Shown here: positions 38,688-51,682 of the stretch, in pieces
Position numbering within the stretch: the first letter of the stretch is position 1
Layout of the letters: each line of letters starts with the position of its first letter
From: Octopus sinensis
Lineage: Eukaryota
DNA: 64,000 nt
Assembly (NCBI RefSeq): GCF_006345805.1
Contig: NC_043000.1
Span: 58,776,001 to 58,840,000 of the forward strand
Reading direction: 5' to 3'
Translations under genes and position numbers: made by a program
The notes under the pieces: model-generated
What the model was told of the DNA's origin: nothing
The model's database searches: none
The model's input: the letters and a program-made list of their open reading frames with translations, nothing else

Positions 38688-40091
38688 TATATATATATAG
38701 TTCAAAAGTTTCACAGAAACATATCAAAAGGAAAATTTGACAAAAACACAACAGAAAATTCATAGCTAATTTCTCATTATTCAATGTCCAAAAGATCCTT
38801 ACAATTTCACGCTGCTGGAGCCACCAAAAGTGAACATTATCAGTGAAATTTTTGAAATATTACTTATGTAACTATTGTTGTATTTCGGGATGGTCATTTT
38901 ACTTGTTTATTTATTTTTTTATCTTCACTTCTAAGATGTGTATCCTGATGTTCACATGTGTTTGTGTTCTTGTGTGTGTGTGTATGCATACTTGTGTGTG
39001 CTTCATAGTTTTTAGCAGCAGTGTGGCCTTCCCCTCAGCCCCAACCTTTCACCCCATTGTGCTACTGCAGAAAAAAAAATAAAAAAGAAAGATAGTTCCT
39101 GTATTCCTCTGTGTATGTGTGTTCACCCACAGTCTTACCATCGAGGTAATGCACTTATTTTTTACTCATATATATATCACAGTATATTTTAACTGTAACT
39201 GTATGAAAGCCCATCATTTGTGAGTGTATGTCAGAAAGGAGCATGAATGCCTATATGCACACACACATACATACACACAAAGGTTTTTACCTTCCAAATT
39301 CACTCACAAAGCATATACATAGGAGGGAATGTAATGCCATTTTTGAGCAAAAGGTAGTAATACATCAGTGAATATTTTTCCAATCAGACAAATTAACTCT
39401 TTGGGAAGCAGCTTAGGATGCATTTGTATAGGTGGCAGCAGCATTATCTCAGATATGAAACTTACTTGAGTTAGTTAGCTTGAAATCAGCAACTGATCAC
39501 AGCTAAACTATATTCTAACTCCAAAGAGGAAGCCCATTCTGCAGAATTCAATTTAAGCTAGTTTTTACGTAAGTTGGATTACCAGAAAATACTGTTTAAA
39601 AGTGTGATTTTTATATGTAACTTTGAACATTTTAATCATGTTTATATTCTCCATAACTAAAACGGAGTAGAATACAAGGTCATTTCCTTGATATGAGTAG
39701 CAATTGTGTCTTTTTATAGTTGAAAGAGATTAGATTATCATGTCCTCATTAGAGGACATTTTTATATTTGCTGTTCATGGAAACAAAGCATGTTTGGCAT
39801 GAGGAGTCTAATTTATAAGTGGAAGATGTTGTACATGGAGAGTTGAGGAATGAAGACGCTCTCAGCTGAATAGGATTGAATATTGTCAGTTGATAGTATA
39901 AAGGTCCTAGGGTATACAAAAAATACATAAAATATTAGGGGAGAGGTAATCAGACCTTAGGGCAAACATAGTGTAGGTTAGAGAAATTCCCATCAGTACA
40001 AAATGTGCTCCATATAAAATCTGGCATATAAACAGCAGCATCGCACTTTAGGAAATACTGATAAACAACTAAAGAATAATTAAATACTTAC

Positions 40092-40142
40092 AATACAGAT
40101 CATCATCATCATCACTGTCAGCAGAATAACTTCTTTTACAGC
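40092..40142 (-). CDS. NIPBL: NIPBL 51-nt micro-exon (G-CKRSYSADSDDDDDLY), phase 1 to 1
   Basis: Acceptor cttgtaattcag, donor gtaagt, open in phase 1; basic-then-acidic peptide like the vertebrate linker. Confidence 0.7.
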
Positions 40143-41154
40143 CTGAATTACAAGAGTATGATAACATAAAACCAAATATTCAAAGCATTTAAAGATCCAT
40201 AAAAAGTGAAACAAGGATTCAGAAGACAAGAATTACATATATTTTTTCCTTTCTTGGTTTAAAGAACGATGAAGACTGTGAATTTATAGATTACAGTGTA
40301 GGTATTATCAAATATTATGAAATACACATGTAAAACAGGAAAAGCATATGTAAAATGTCTGAATATTGCATTGTTAGTTTTAAAAAGAAAGCCATTATTT
40401 TTGTAATAGTTATACATTTTCATTTGTAAAATCACAAATATAGAGACCAATTTAAGATTATATTTTTAAAGTATTTACAAACCATTTCAATTTTCCAGTT
40501 ATATTTACCATTGACAATTATTCACAATTTAACAATAGAAAAAAGTCAACAAATATATACATATAAACATAGAATTGTCCCCTTGATGGGTCTAGCCAGA
40601 CAGCCTTATATTAGCAGTCTAGTTTCATTCCACCAAAGTCAGTCCAATAAAATTTATGGCTTTTATAAAAGTACTTTTTTTTTTTCATTTAAATTGTTTT
40701 TCTTAACTGCATATGATCAGATAGATCATTCTTCAAAATAATAGATGGCAGTGGATACGAAACAGCAAAACTTTACAAGGTAAGCTGACACATTTACAAC
40801 ATATAAAGCAACCATTTATTCAGCAGACATTCTAGATGTAGACAGTAACTAGATTCCATTAATGTGGAAATATTTCAAAAGAAAGAAGTTTTGATACTTA
40901 ATTCACAAATATATGCTCAATGGAATAGTTTTTAAAAAATATATATAACAAAATCAGTTTAAATACCTTACAGAATTGTTCCAAGCCAATTTTACTAATC
41001 AGTTTACAATAAAATAATACCAAATAGCTGTAAGAAATCCCACTTAAGAGAAACGGGATATCACTGACTATGAAAATGAGGAACCATGGAAATAGCAATT
41101 AGAATTTCACACTAACATTGAAAATAATAACAATTCAAGTAACAAAATCCTCTA

Positions 41155-41180
41155 TGTGTGTGTGTGTGTATGTATATATA

Positions 41181-41220
<40 letters not shown>
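41155..41220. repeat. (TG)n/(TA)n microsatellite
   Basis: Directly visible. Confidence 0.95.
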
Positions 41221-41222
<2 letters not shown>

Positions 41223-44200
41223 TTTGTTTTTTTCCTTAAAAATGAAATGCTATTGATATGTTTTCTTGTAGCCTTATGTGATGAGTAAATAAATATTCAT
41301 ATTAAACAATAAAAATAAACCACAAAATGGAATGGTTATAGCTTGGATAAAAATCTAACTAACTTGAGGAATGACCAGAAAAATATTGAAAAGAAAACTA
41401 GAGTAAAAAGTAATAAAAATGAGGAATACATAAGATTAAATGTTATCAATAATAAAGAACTATCATAAAATATATTAGTACGTTAATAAATGGCGGGGAG
41501 CACTAAAAAAATATTTCAGGAGTAACAGTTATACTATTCATATAAAGATATTATTTTTAATGTTCTTTCCATGAGCTAGAACTGTAGTTAGAGAAAGTCT
41601 AATAAATGGGAAATATATCAATATATGAACTAAAGTAATTTTGTACTGATAATATCATTTTATAAATAATTTCTTAACTTCATTTCATTGTACATTCTTG
41701 ACAGTATTCTACTGGAGCAAATATAAATATCATTTTACATTTTAACTATAACATCTAAATTTACTCAAAAGGTATTAAAATTGTATATCTTAAAATCTAC
41801 TCAATTTACTCAAAATGTATTAAAATTATATATTTTAAAATCTAAGATGAATTACTCCTAACCCTAATTTTTTGTCTTATAATATCATTTTTTAAAATTA
41901 AATGTTCAATGTAAAATGGATTTATATTCATATTATCAAAATAAAAAGTACTATTTCTTAAGACTACTTGATTTGCTAATTTTTTTTTTAGTAAACTGAA
42001 TTTAAGGTAATGTAAAGAAGCGTGTTCATATAAAACAGTTGATTCATGTGTAGCTCAAACTCAGAAATAAGCCAATTGCAGAGCTAAAAATATATGGCTA
42101 GATTACAATATTCAAACTTAAAAAAAAAAGAAAGAAGAAGTTAATATTCCAGTAATATATGAAATAAAACTTTATAAAACTTGAATTTTATTCCAATTCT
42201 CATTAAGATAACTATAATTATTTCTGCTACATCATTTGTATTTATGATCTTCTTCCATCCAACATGCCTGTTTTTACTTTCTTTAATATATGTTACTGAG
42301 AAATATGTAAGGAACTACTACATCAGTTTTATCTGATTAATTATGAAAAGAGAAATATTAATAAAATACCTGTAGTTTTTTTTAAGTTTTAGTAGTTTTA
42401 TTTAATACAATAGATTAAAAATCAATAAATGTTATGTTAATTATAAGTTAAATGCTCACAAATATATATTAACCTAAATACTCCATACTTCAATTTTCTC
42501 TAAACAAGATATAAAAAAAAACATTTTTATAGTCAAATCATGTTGATGCCAGCATGGAAAAACATATGATGATGACAAAGTTTTTAAAAGAAAAGATTGT
42601 GTAATACTTAGGTTTAACATAACCTATACTAAATAGTTTTTAACCAAGATGGAGTCAAAAACCCTTAAAAAAAATCATTCACTCAAATTTGTTCTAAATT
42701 TTATCAGGTCTATTCTCTCAATTACCATTAGCTGCTTATCTACTGATCATTTTATTTAATATGCATTACTTTGAGGTTATTTTAAATTCAAGAATAAAAA
42801 AATAAAAACAAGCTGAGAAAATAGCTGCAACTGGCAAAGATCACTAGTGTTTTTTTATATACAACATAGTGTCCTATGCAAAACCACACATTGCAATCAC
42901 AATCTACTTTGGCATTAAAATCTCCAAATAGAATGATTTTGTTAGCAGTTCAATTAGAAAAAATGTTATTTCTGAAACTCATAGAAAAGAGATAGAAATT
43001 CTTCTGCTGAATGAAGAGGTGGTATATAAACAGAAAAGAATATTCGATGACACAATATAATGGTAAGCAGATTTTAATAACAGTTACCCACACTGGATAG
43101 CAATCTATTTCACCTAACAGTTAGATTCTTCCTGATTACAAAGCCAATACTGTCCTCTCAGTTTTCATCTACAGGCTTACTGACTCAAAAGAAGCAATAG
43201 CTACATCCCTTTCCATTGATAATCATGTCTCTGCAATGGCAGCAATCAATCTTAAATCAGTTAAGCTCTACAGGAACAAGAGCAGTATAATGCATCATCT
43301 AGCAGGATTATTGTCAAAAACCAACATAGATAACAATGGTCTTTCGTCTGATAATGTGCTGCAATATTAAACCATATTAGTTATAAGGCAGCATAATGTA
43401 CAGCAGTGTTACAAAGTGCATGTACACTATAAAGATTATAGTATTAGATGTTTGCACAACACAAATACCATTCTGTAAGTATCAGTTATCATGCATGATC
43501 TTGTGTCAAGAAAGATCACAATGACTACTGGAAACACCAAATGGAGGTTTTATATTAAAGTTTTCTTCTCCTAATCTAACCGAATCAAGGCTACACACAT
43601 ACACATATACACACAGATATAGATAGATACACATGTACATCATCATCACTTTTATGTTCACTTTCCATGGTGGCATGTTGGACAAGTTGTCCTTGATTAT
43701 ATCAGTTTTTATTTGCAGTTTCTGCCTTCTTAGACAACTTAGAAGACCACATCTTGCTCATATGTTCCAGCTTGGCATGGCTTTTCTTTGCTTAAGTAAG
43801 TATGTGCATGTGCACACACACACACACACAATCAACAATAATCCTTTAATTATTTTCATACAGAATAGTTTTAATTTACTCCCTCTTTATACAATTCAAT
43901 ATTATACAATTCCTCAAATGGTGGGAGTTTTTCATTTTTTATTTATTTTTCATTATTATTTTCCACTTATCTTACTCACTATCAAGGGGTAAAACGCAAG
44001 GTGAATGCCTGTGGAGTTTGGATGAAACAGGATTTGAATTATAGAGGAATTAAATTAAATACTGCACGACATTTAGTCTAGTGCTATTCCAGTCAATCTT
44101 TTTACATTTAATAATAGTAGATTATTTAACAGGCCTTTTGCCTATCACCTGCTTGTAGACAAGAAATGTTTAAACTAAGGTAAATAGTTTGGATTTATCT

Positions 44201-44448
44201 TCATTGTGGCACACTAAAAATTCTGAGTATGAACATTGCTTAAAAATAATAGTTTAAATTAAAAGACTAAGCTATTTATAAATTGAAAAATATATTGTGA
44301 GAGTATATTTCAAAATTACTTAAAAATCAAAATATATATATGTATATATAAACCAATACTGGCTTTCAAAATTTTATCTATTCCTATAGATTACACTAAA
44401 AATATATTGGAACCAAAAAAAAAAGTATTTTGTATTTTAAATACCTAC

Positions 44449-44487
44449 CCTTTAACTGTCTCCTCATAATATCACAGTCGGCCTTAA
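44449..44487 (-). CDS. NIPBL: NIPBL 39-nt micro-exon (I-KADCDIMRRQLK), phase 1 to 1
   Basis: Long polypyrimidine acceptor ttttattatttccttccatacag, donor gtaggt, open in phase 1. Confidence 0.6.
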
Positions 44488-45031
44488 CTGTATGGAAGGA
44501 AATAATAAAAAAAAAAATAAAAAGGGTAAAATAAAATAGAATGAAAAGCCAGTAATTTTTTTAATATTTACATATTTTATAGGAGGATTTCTTAATATTG
44601 AAATATAATTAAAAAAATATAAAAAAAGAGTAACCAAAGATTGGGAAACAGTTCCTTTCTGGGTAACTTCTAACAACTCAAATTTCATTTAGTAATGTTC
44701 CAGTTGAGAGGCACTATTAACATAGACTATAAGCAACCACTTAGTCATTTTAAATGCCAAACTCACTAAAATATGCACTCATACAAACACATTGCTTTGG
44801 GACTTCAAAAGCAGTAAACAGAATCTGAAACAAGATCTATTATTTCAGAATGTTATGTTCATATGCAAATACTTCATGGTATATATTTCCATTATTTTTA
44901 AAAACCGCAGCACACTTCAGAAAATGAAAAGGTGGAATGAAAGTAGAATACAGATTTCTCTTTGGAGGGGTTTAATGATTTCCCGACAGACAGTGAAGAG
45001 ACAACAGACATATATAACATATATAACTTAC

Positions 45032-45062
45032 TTCTTCCCCCAGTGGCAATTGATTGCAATGT
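45032..45062 (-). CDS. NIPBL: NIPBL 31-nt micro-exon (TLQSIATGGR), phase 0 to 1
   Basis: Acceptor atttttttctctttgtag, donor gtaagt; supplies the phase 0 to 1 change needed between 46292 and 34438. Confidence 0.75.
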
Positions 45063-46291
45063 CTACAAAGAGAAAAAAATAATATTTATGCATGTATTCT
45101 CAGAACAAAGTGGAACAGATAACAGAACAATAAATTTGATGAGATACAGTTGGAAAGAAACATATAGAAAGTGTATATATCTTAAATCATTTCTTTTCAT
45201 TTTTATATATCTTAATAGTTAGATCAGCAAAGACTGGATGGCCTTATAACCTCTAACATTTGCATATATACTATAGGAGCAAGTATCTATTTTTAAGTCA
45301 CATCTACATACATTCCAGGCTTTTTTCACTCAACTGGATTGATTAAATAAAATTTCCTTCAAAATAAGCCTTTAAATAACTTTAAACAAATATCCTATAG
45401 GCTATGAGTCCAAAACTTTAATTCTCAGCCACCACAACTCATGAATTTCATCTCACATTTCTTAATCACTTTATATTTAAAAAGTTGTTGAAGAAAGAAT
45501 AGCAATCCTACTAATTTCAAAATTTCTTTTGGAAGGTACAATAATCTGGTTTCGTATTTCTTACTCCTATCTCAGAAACACTCTTGTACAGTACTCGTAT
45601 AACTTGGCAGTGATGTATACCTACTCAACAGATATTTACAACTAAGCTGGCTGAGCCAGTAAATTACCTTGATCATAAACACAGTGGAGCCAGCATGGAG
45701 ATATTTAAAAATTTATTTTTTGTATTGCATTTTTATATCAATATAATCCTGTAAGCAGCCTGTTGTAAGCAACATGATTCCTACAAGCCAGTTACTGGTT
45801 CACTATATTTATGATAGTGGAAGTGACAAGAGATAGTTGTCCAACTTGGGTGAAGCACATATCAAAATTACATTCATAGCTACTAGTTTATCCCTTTTTT
45901 GTTATGTTTACATCTTTCACTATAAAATATTTACATATTTTCTGTCTACTAAATTCCATTCACAAGACATGTCTGTGCCTGATATAAGCACAAAAGCTTC
46001 AATCTAGCAAACTATTAAACTCAGTGAAACTGAAACTCTTCCAAGAATATTTACTTACTCTCTCACTTCATTAGATACACATTAATAACACAAATTAATT
46101 AAGAAACACAAATTCATTTATGAAAAATACATTTAAAAAATGAGTGAATGAAACAATCCCTGTTAATGTGAAGTAATTAACATAGCTGCTTCTAAATTAC
46201 AAAAAATGTAACAATGATGTTAAAAAAAGAAACCAGTTAAAAATATAAAACATAATTGGTTTAGCTAAAATGTTATGAAAACTTGACATAC

Positions 46292-46762
46292 CTCTGGATC
46301 AAGTGGTTCTAAAACAACAATAGGCCAAGAATTTCTTGCAACCAAAAGTTCCACAGCTTTATCAAAAGAAATCTCCTCAGAGTCATTTTCAACAGGTGGA
46401 GGTGGTTGTAAATGTCTTTTATGATGTGGTAATGGTGGCTGTTGTGGAAGTATTGGCAAGGTCGGTTGCGGTACACGCCGTTGCCTTTGATGTTGTTGTT
46501 GTTGCTGTAATTGCTCAAATTGTTGTTGAAACAGCAACTGTTGTTGTTGTTGTTGATGATGATGTTGATGGTGCTGATGATGTTGCTGCTGTTGTTGTTG
46601 TTGTTGTTGTTGCTGTTGCTGTTGTTGTTGTTGTTGTTGGTGGTGATGTGGTTGTCGTTGCTGAGACAATTTTTGCTGCTGGCTCAGTTGCTGCTGCTGC
46701 TGTGGAAATTGATGCCGTGGTGTTATCTGAGGAGGCCTTCCTCTTCTATTTATTACTTCAAC
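46292..46762 (-). CDS. NIPBL: NIPBL exon: RRGRPP, polyQ/H tract, ends ...WPIVVLEPLDPE; phase 0 to 0
   Basis: 471 nt open frame (extends ORF 46265..46669); acceptor ttttttacag, donor gtatgt. Confidence 0.85.
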
Positions 46763-47179
46763 CTGTAAAAAATTAATATTAGATAATTTACTGGTGAGTA
46801 TTAGAGATTTTCAATGAAATTCACCAACTGTTTTAAAGTCCAAGATTAATGGAGCTATATAAGACTATAACTAAAAATATACACATGTCACTACTCAATC
46901 TCTACATCTATCACTAACATCATCACTATATCCATAACCACAATCTTCATTTGTTTTATGTTTTTTGTGACAAGCTGACACACTGCACAGATTTGCAACA
47001 CAGCAGTATTCCATGTGACAAGATCTCTAATACTTGCAGCCTCAGCATGACTGAACTTGGATGTTTACAACCAGACTCTCTTCAAGCTAGCAAACAGCAT
47101 GGTGATGCAAGACAGATGTGTATTTATTAAGCTACCTATAAGTATTGCATGTCTTTATTTTTTTTTTCCTTTTCTTCGT

Positions 47180-47478
47180 TTATTGGTTTCAGTCACTGAA
47201 TTACAGACATGCTGGAACACAAACTTCAAAAGGAACCCCAGTTGTTTGCTCGGTACTTATTGATATCAGTAATTAAAATCAACTTAGGCGTAAAACTAAT
47301 CCTGAACTTGCTCATTATATGTGCATACACACAGACAGAGTTTCTATCTTCAAAATTTCACTTGGGTTGGCTCAAGTCTATGATAGAAGATACTTGCCTA
47401 CAGTGTTATGCTGTGGGTTCAAACTCAGAACAATGTAGTTGCAAAGCAAACTTCTTAACTACAAAATCATGCTTGCAC
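47180..47478 (-). mobile_element. Decayed SINE family A copy
   Basis: tttcagtcact...atagaagatacttgcc...gcaaacttcttaac similarity. Confidence 0.6.
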
Positions 47479-49389
47479 ACATACACACACATATACATAT
47501 ATGTATGCGTCTATTTTTATTTATATGAATAAATATTGAAGTAGTTAATAAGCACTTAAAGTATAGTCTGTTATACATACATGTAGGTAACTATATAATT
47601 AAATCTACACCATGGTTTCATTCAGGCATACAAGTCATCATTAACTATCTTCAGTGGTTATTTTGCTTTATATCAACTGAAAATTGTAAGTAAGCAATCA
47701 CAATCATTACTGCATGAAACCATGATTTTGACTTAATCATACACAATAAGATCATGTTTAGAACCAAACTCTCAGTTTTGAATAACAAATTTTCAAAGTT
47801 GTAGTTTAGACTCAGGTCAACTCTAACAAGCAGCCCTATGATTAAAGGTGTTCCAACCATAACCAATCCATTTTTTACATATCGAGTACCACACTGTCCA
47901 ACATGCCCTTTCTTTGTTAAAATAAGGAGTATTTGAGGGAATTTACCCACTACCTTTAGCAGGCTGATCGACTAGTGTGTGTGTGTGTGTGTGTGTGTGC
48001 AGGTGTTGCACAAGTACTCATGTGTGTGCATGCATACGTGTATGTTAGAGTATGAGTATGTGCACTTGATTGATATCTACTTGATAAATGACAATTTTCT
48101 TTATGGAGGATATGAGCATGATTGCTGGAGTATTTTTTACTTGTGAGTGAGCAGATTATATTTTGAAGTGAGACATTGCTACTTTCAAAGGAATATTATG
48201 GATTTCAAAATGAGATTCTGCCATTTCAAAGCAAAAAAAATGATTCCAAAGTGGAATTAAGTGCAAGAAGATTTATCTGATATAAAATATCTCATTCGTA
48301 ATTTTTTCCCTAATTTTGGCACAAGGACAGCAATTTTGAGAGGACTGGGTAAGTCAATTACATTGGCTCCAGTGCTCAACTGGTAGCTAGTTTATCAACC
48401 CTGAAAATATTAAAGGCAAATTTGACCTCAGTGGAATTTGAACTCTGAACATACAGAACCAGAAGAAATGCCATTAAGCATTTTGTCCAACATGCTAATG
48501 ATTCTGCCCGCTTGCCATTCCAGTAAAATATATCAATGTGAACTTGCCTGGTTCAGTTTCCATCAAGCAAATAATGAGACAAAAAGCTCATCATACAGTT
48601 GTAGTACCTTCCAGTTTTTATTTTATTTTATTTATTATTTATTTTTTAGGGTTAAGTAAAGCAAAGATACCCAATGTTAATTTTCTGAGGATATTAGCTG
48701 AGGGTGTTACTTTTGTAACTCTTACAGGACTGATTATTGCTTTAACATGAATACCTATAGTTTTTCAAGCATAATTTATACATGAAGAATAGTCCTCTAC
48801 TGGATTAAAATGAGGTAAAAAAAAAAACTAGTAAACATTTAAAACAACATGTATGCCTTTGTTCTCATAGTGAATAGGTGCATTATCAAAAATGATATTT
48901 CAAAAAATATTTAAAGAAAAAGCAATTTAAGTCAGTTAGAGATATTTATGTGCTCGTTTTTAAATTTCTATTTTCATTTTGAAATCATTTGTGGTCACAT
49001 AGAATTACAAATACTATTCCTCATGCAACATTCATAAATATGATTTATGGATGTTGCATAATTTGCATTCTTAAACAACAAAAACACAAAAATTTATTTT
49101 CTGTTATGTGGCATCATACTTACACATTTACGGTCACCTCCTTTCCGATTTGATAATTCCATTTCTTTGTTCAAAGTACTAGGATTTTTCCTTTCAGTAG
49201 GCTGTAGAAGAAAGTAAGATGTTTAAGTAAAAAGCCTATATATGAACAATTTTCGCCGAAAAAGTTTAAACAAGTAGAATAAAAATGACTGTGCTGTTTA
49301 TATAAGAGTAGTACTTCATTGTGAATTATTCTTAAAACATTTTTGTAAATGATTAACAAATGATTAGGGTCCAAGTATTTTGCGGTTTT

Positions 49390-50800
49390 GAAAAGGTAGT
49401 TTACTCTTTAGGCGGCCACAAAAAATCATTATAGAAAAGACTGCAAGGCTTTGCATTTCTCATACACACATTATGTGACCTTGAAGGAAGTTTCTGATGT
49501 ATCTGTTCATGAAAGTTCTTCACTGTATCTGCCCATATGAAGAGCTTATGGAACAAGTGGACAATGTAAGTGAATAGGTGCATGTGTGGTTAGAAGTAGA
49601 AGGTAGACATAATCACATAATTAGATCAATAATCTCAAAAAGAAGAATTTGAGAAACATAACTGAAATATCTGGTACACTAGAATGGAAGGGGTCAACTA
49701 GCAAGGACTTCCAATCCAAGAGAGGAGACAGATGATACCTTCTTAAGTGTGGGGTCAGATATAAAAATATTTTGAGGTATTAATACTCTTGCTGCAAATC
49801 TAGAAGTAAAAAAATCTTGCAGGATGTGTAATGCACTAAGTTACCCTTTGCTTCTTAACAATAGCATTGCAGTGGTGCATAAATATTTCCTAAATGATAA
49901 TAGTAGTTGTTGGAGATCAGCAGTACAGCTGTGAGTGAACCACTTAAGGATTTGAGGGTTGATAGTTTTGTTTTCACGAAGTATGAGAAGAGGCATAACA
50001 AAGTCACTCATTTAACTCAGATGGGTCAGAGGTGTAGCACACATGCTGTCAAGAATAGCGAGTGTAGAAAGCCTGACTATAAACCAAGAACTGAAAAATT
50101 TTCAGGCTATGTATAGGCTGCAAATTTTCTCACTTTGAATTTGGAGTTTAAGATTGAGTACATTTTTTAATAAAATATATAAAGAGACACAACTAGGAAA
50201 AGGATATCAGTTCCTCACTTAACTGTGTCATATGAGTGAAAGGGGAAGTATATTTGCAGAGTTCCAATGACTTGGCTGACAAGATATACCAAAGAAAGGG
50301 TTTGGAGAGCAGGTACTTATGTGCAATTAGGAAGTGTGAGATATGCTGCCTTGGATAGGTAACATAAAGTCAGGGTTAGAAGATGAGAAAGCATTCAAGG
50401 CTATTCAGAAGAGAATGTAATCTAGGTAAATAGGCTACCTCTGACAAAAAAAATCAACATCTCTAGTCTGTATGAGTTGGGCTCAACAGTCATTCACCCT
50501 ACTAGAAATAGCTGAGAAACATCCCTTATATGACACCCTACTAAATTAGATAAGGTAAACACTAGTCCTACTACCCATAAAAATATGATATGGTAATGGC
50601 TCTCAACATCTAATTTAACATAAAATCTTAGCCATCACTAATCTATATCTTGACAAGCCATAGCAACCCTAAGAGAATGCTACACACTATATGTTTACCT
50701 ACCATTTTTGCTAACGGGCAACACCTCACAAGACCCATTAACATCCTAGGAGACTACATACCCTTTTATACTGCAGACACTGCAGTAAAAGGACAAGTTA
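49390..50800 (-). mobile_element. Decayed CR1/L2-type LINE 3' region
   Basis: Weak RT C-terminal remnants (KLSALHILQDFFT...); composition differs from flanks; boundaries uncertain. Confidence 0.4.
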
Positions 50801-51542
50801 ATTGATACAGTATAGAGGTGTCCCTTGTTCCTGCACAGAGAACTGCTCCAGATTTTTTCTATGCCCTCAGAAAAGAACTTTTCTTGTACCTTTCTCTAAA
50901 ACTGACACACATTACCCACTCCTTACTATTTTGCTCCCAACAAAAGATCCATATCAAAAGTCAAATCCAGAATGTAAATTTCACTATGCTTATCACAAAT
51001 GTTCATGGCAACAACAGGTAAAAAATATTTCTAAACCTTTGAGTATATAACTGGAATTGTTGTTACACTTGATATGCATCACTAAAGCAGATGACAGCAG
51101 GAAATACACAATGAGTTTTTCCCACCAACATCCAGTCAAATTTCATGTAAAACAGTTGTAACTCAAAACACCAAAATATGAAGGAATAACTTGTGTCCAG
51201 GTCAGTTCATGTAGAATTGAAAGTTTATTCAATTTTCTAGTATGAAAAACTAAACACAAAATAAATGGTAGTGATAATGATGTTCATGGTGATGATGATA
51301 ATAATAAAGATGATGAAATCAAATGAGATGGCAAAATAAAACTGTTTCAAACACTATCTATTGCTGAAAATGTCAATGCTAAATTAAACTTTATCAAGAC
51401 ATTTAACATCAATACAGATAATGAAATGCATGTTTGGAAAACAAGTTAAAATTTCTTTTTTAATTCATTTCAGCAACAAGATGGAAATTGTTTTGGAAAA
51501 CTAGACTTAGCAGTTAAAAATTACAATGTCAAAATAACTTAC

Positions 51543-51682
51543 TTCAGAACAGCTTAAAGTTTGTGGCTTACTGGAAGTACTTGAACGGCGCCTGCTAGAG
51601 TATGCTGATCCAGCTGATTCAGGCATAGGGGAAATATCAATATTTATCAAGGGTTCTGCCACAGCCGCTTGAGCAGGAGATC
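51543..51682 (-). CDS. NIPBL: NIPBL exon (SPAQAAVAEPLINIDISPMPESAGSAYSSRRRSSTSSKPQTLSCSE), phase 1 to 0
   Basis: Acceptor ttatctttcag, donor gtaagt, GC-richer than its flanks, phases fit. Confidence 0.75.

Noticed and set aside
43181-43267. 87-nt segment with a good acceptor and gtaagc donor on the minus strand
   Set aside because: Stops in all three frames and not needed for the NIPBL frame; the overlapping ~80-codon plus-strand open frame has no recognisable homology
46336-46776. Plus-strand poly-V and poly-L ORFs of 146 and 85 aa
   Set aside because: Antisense shadows of the polyQ exon
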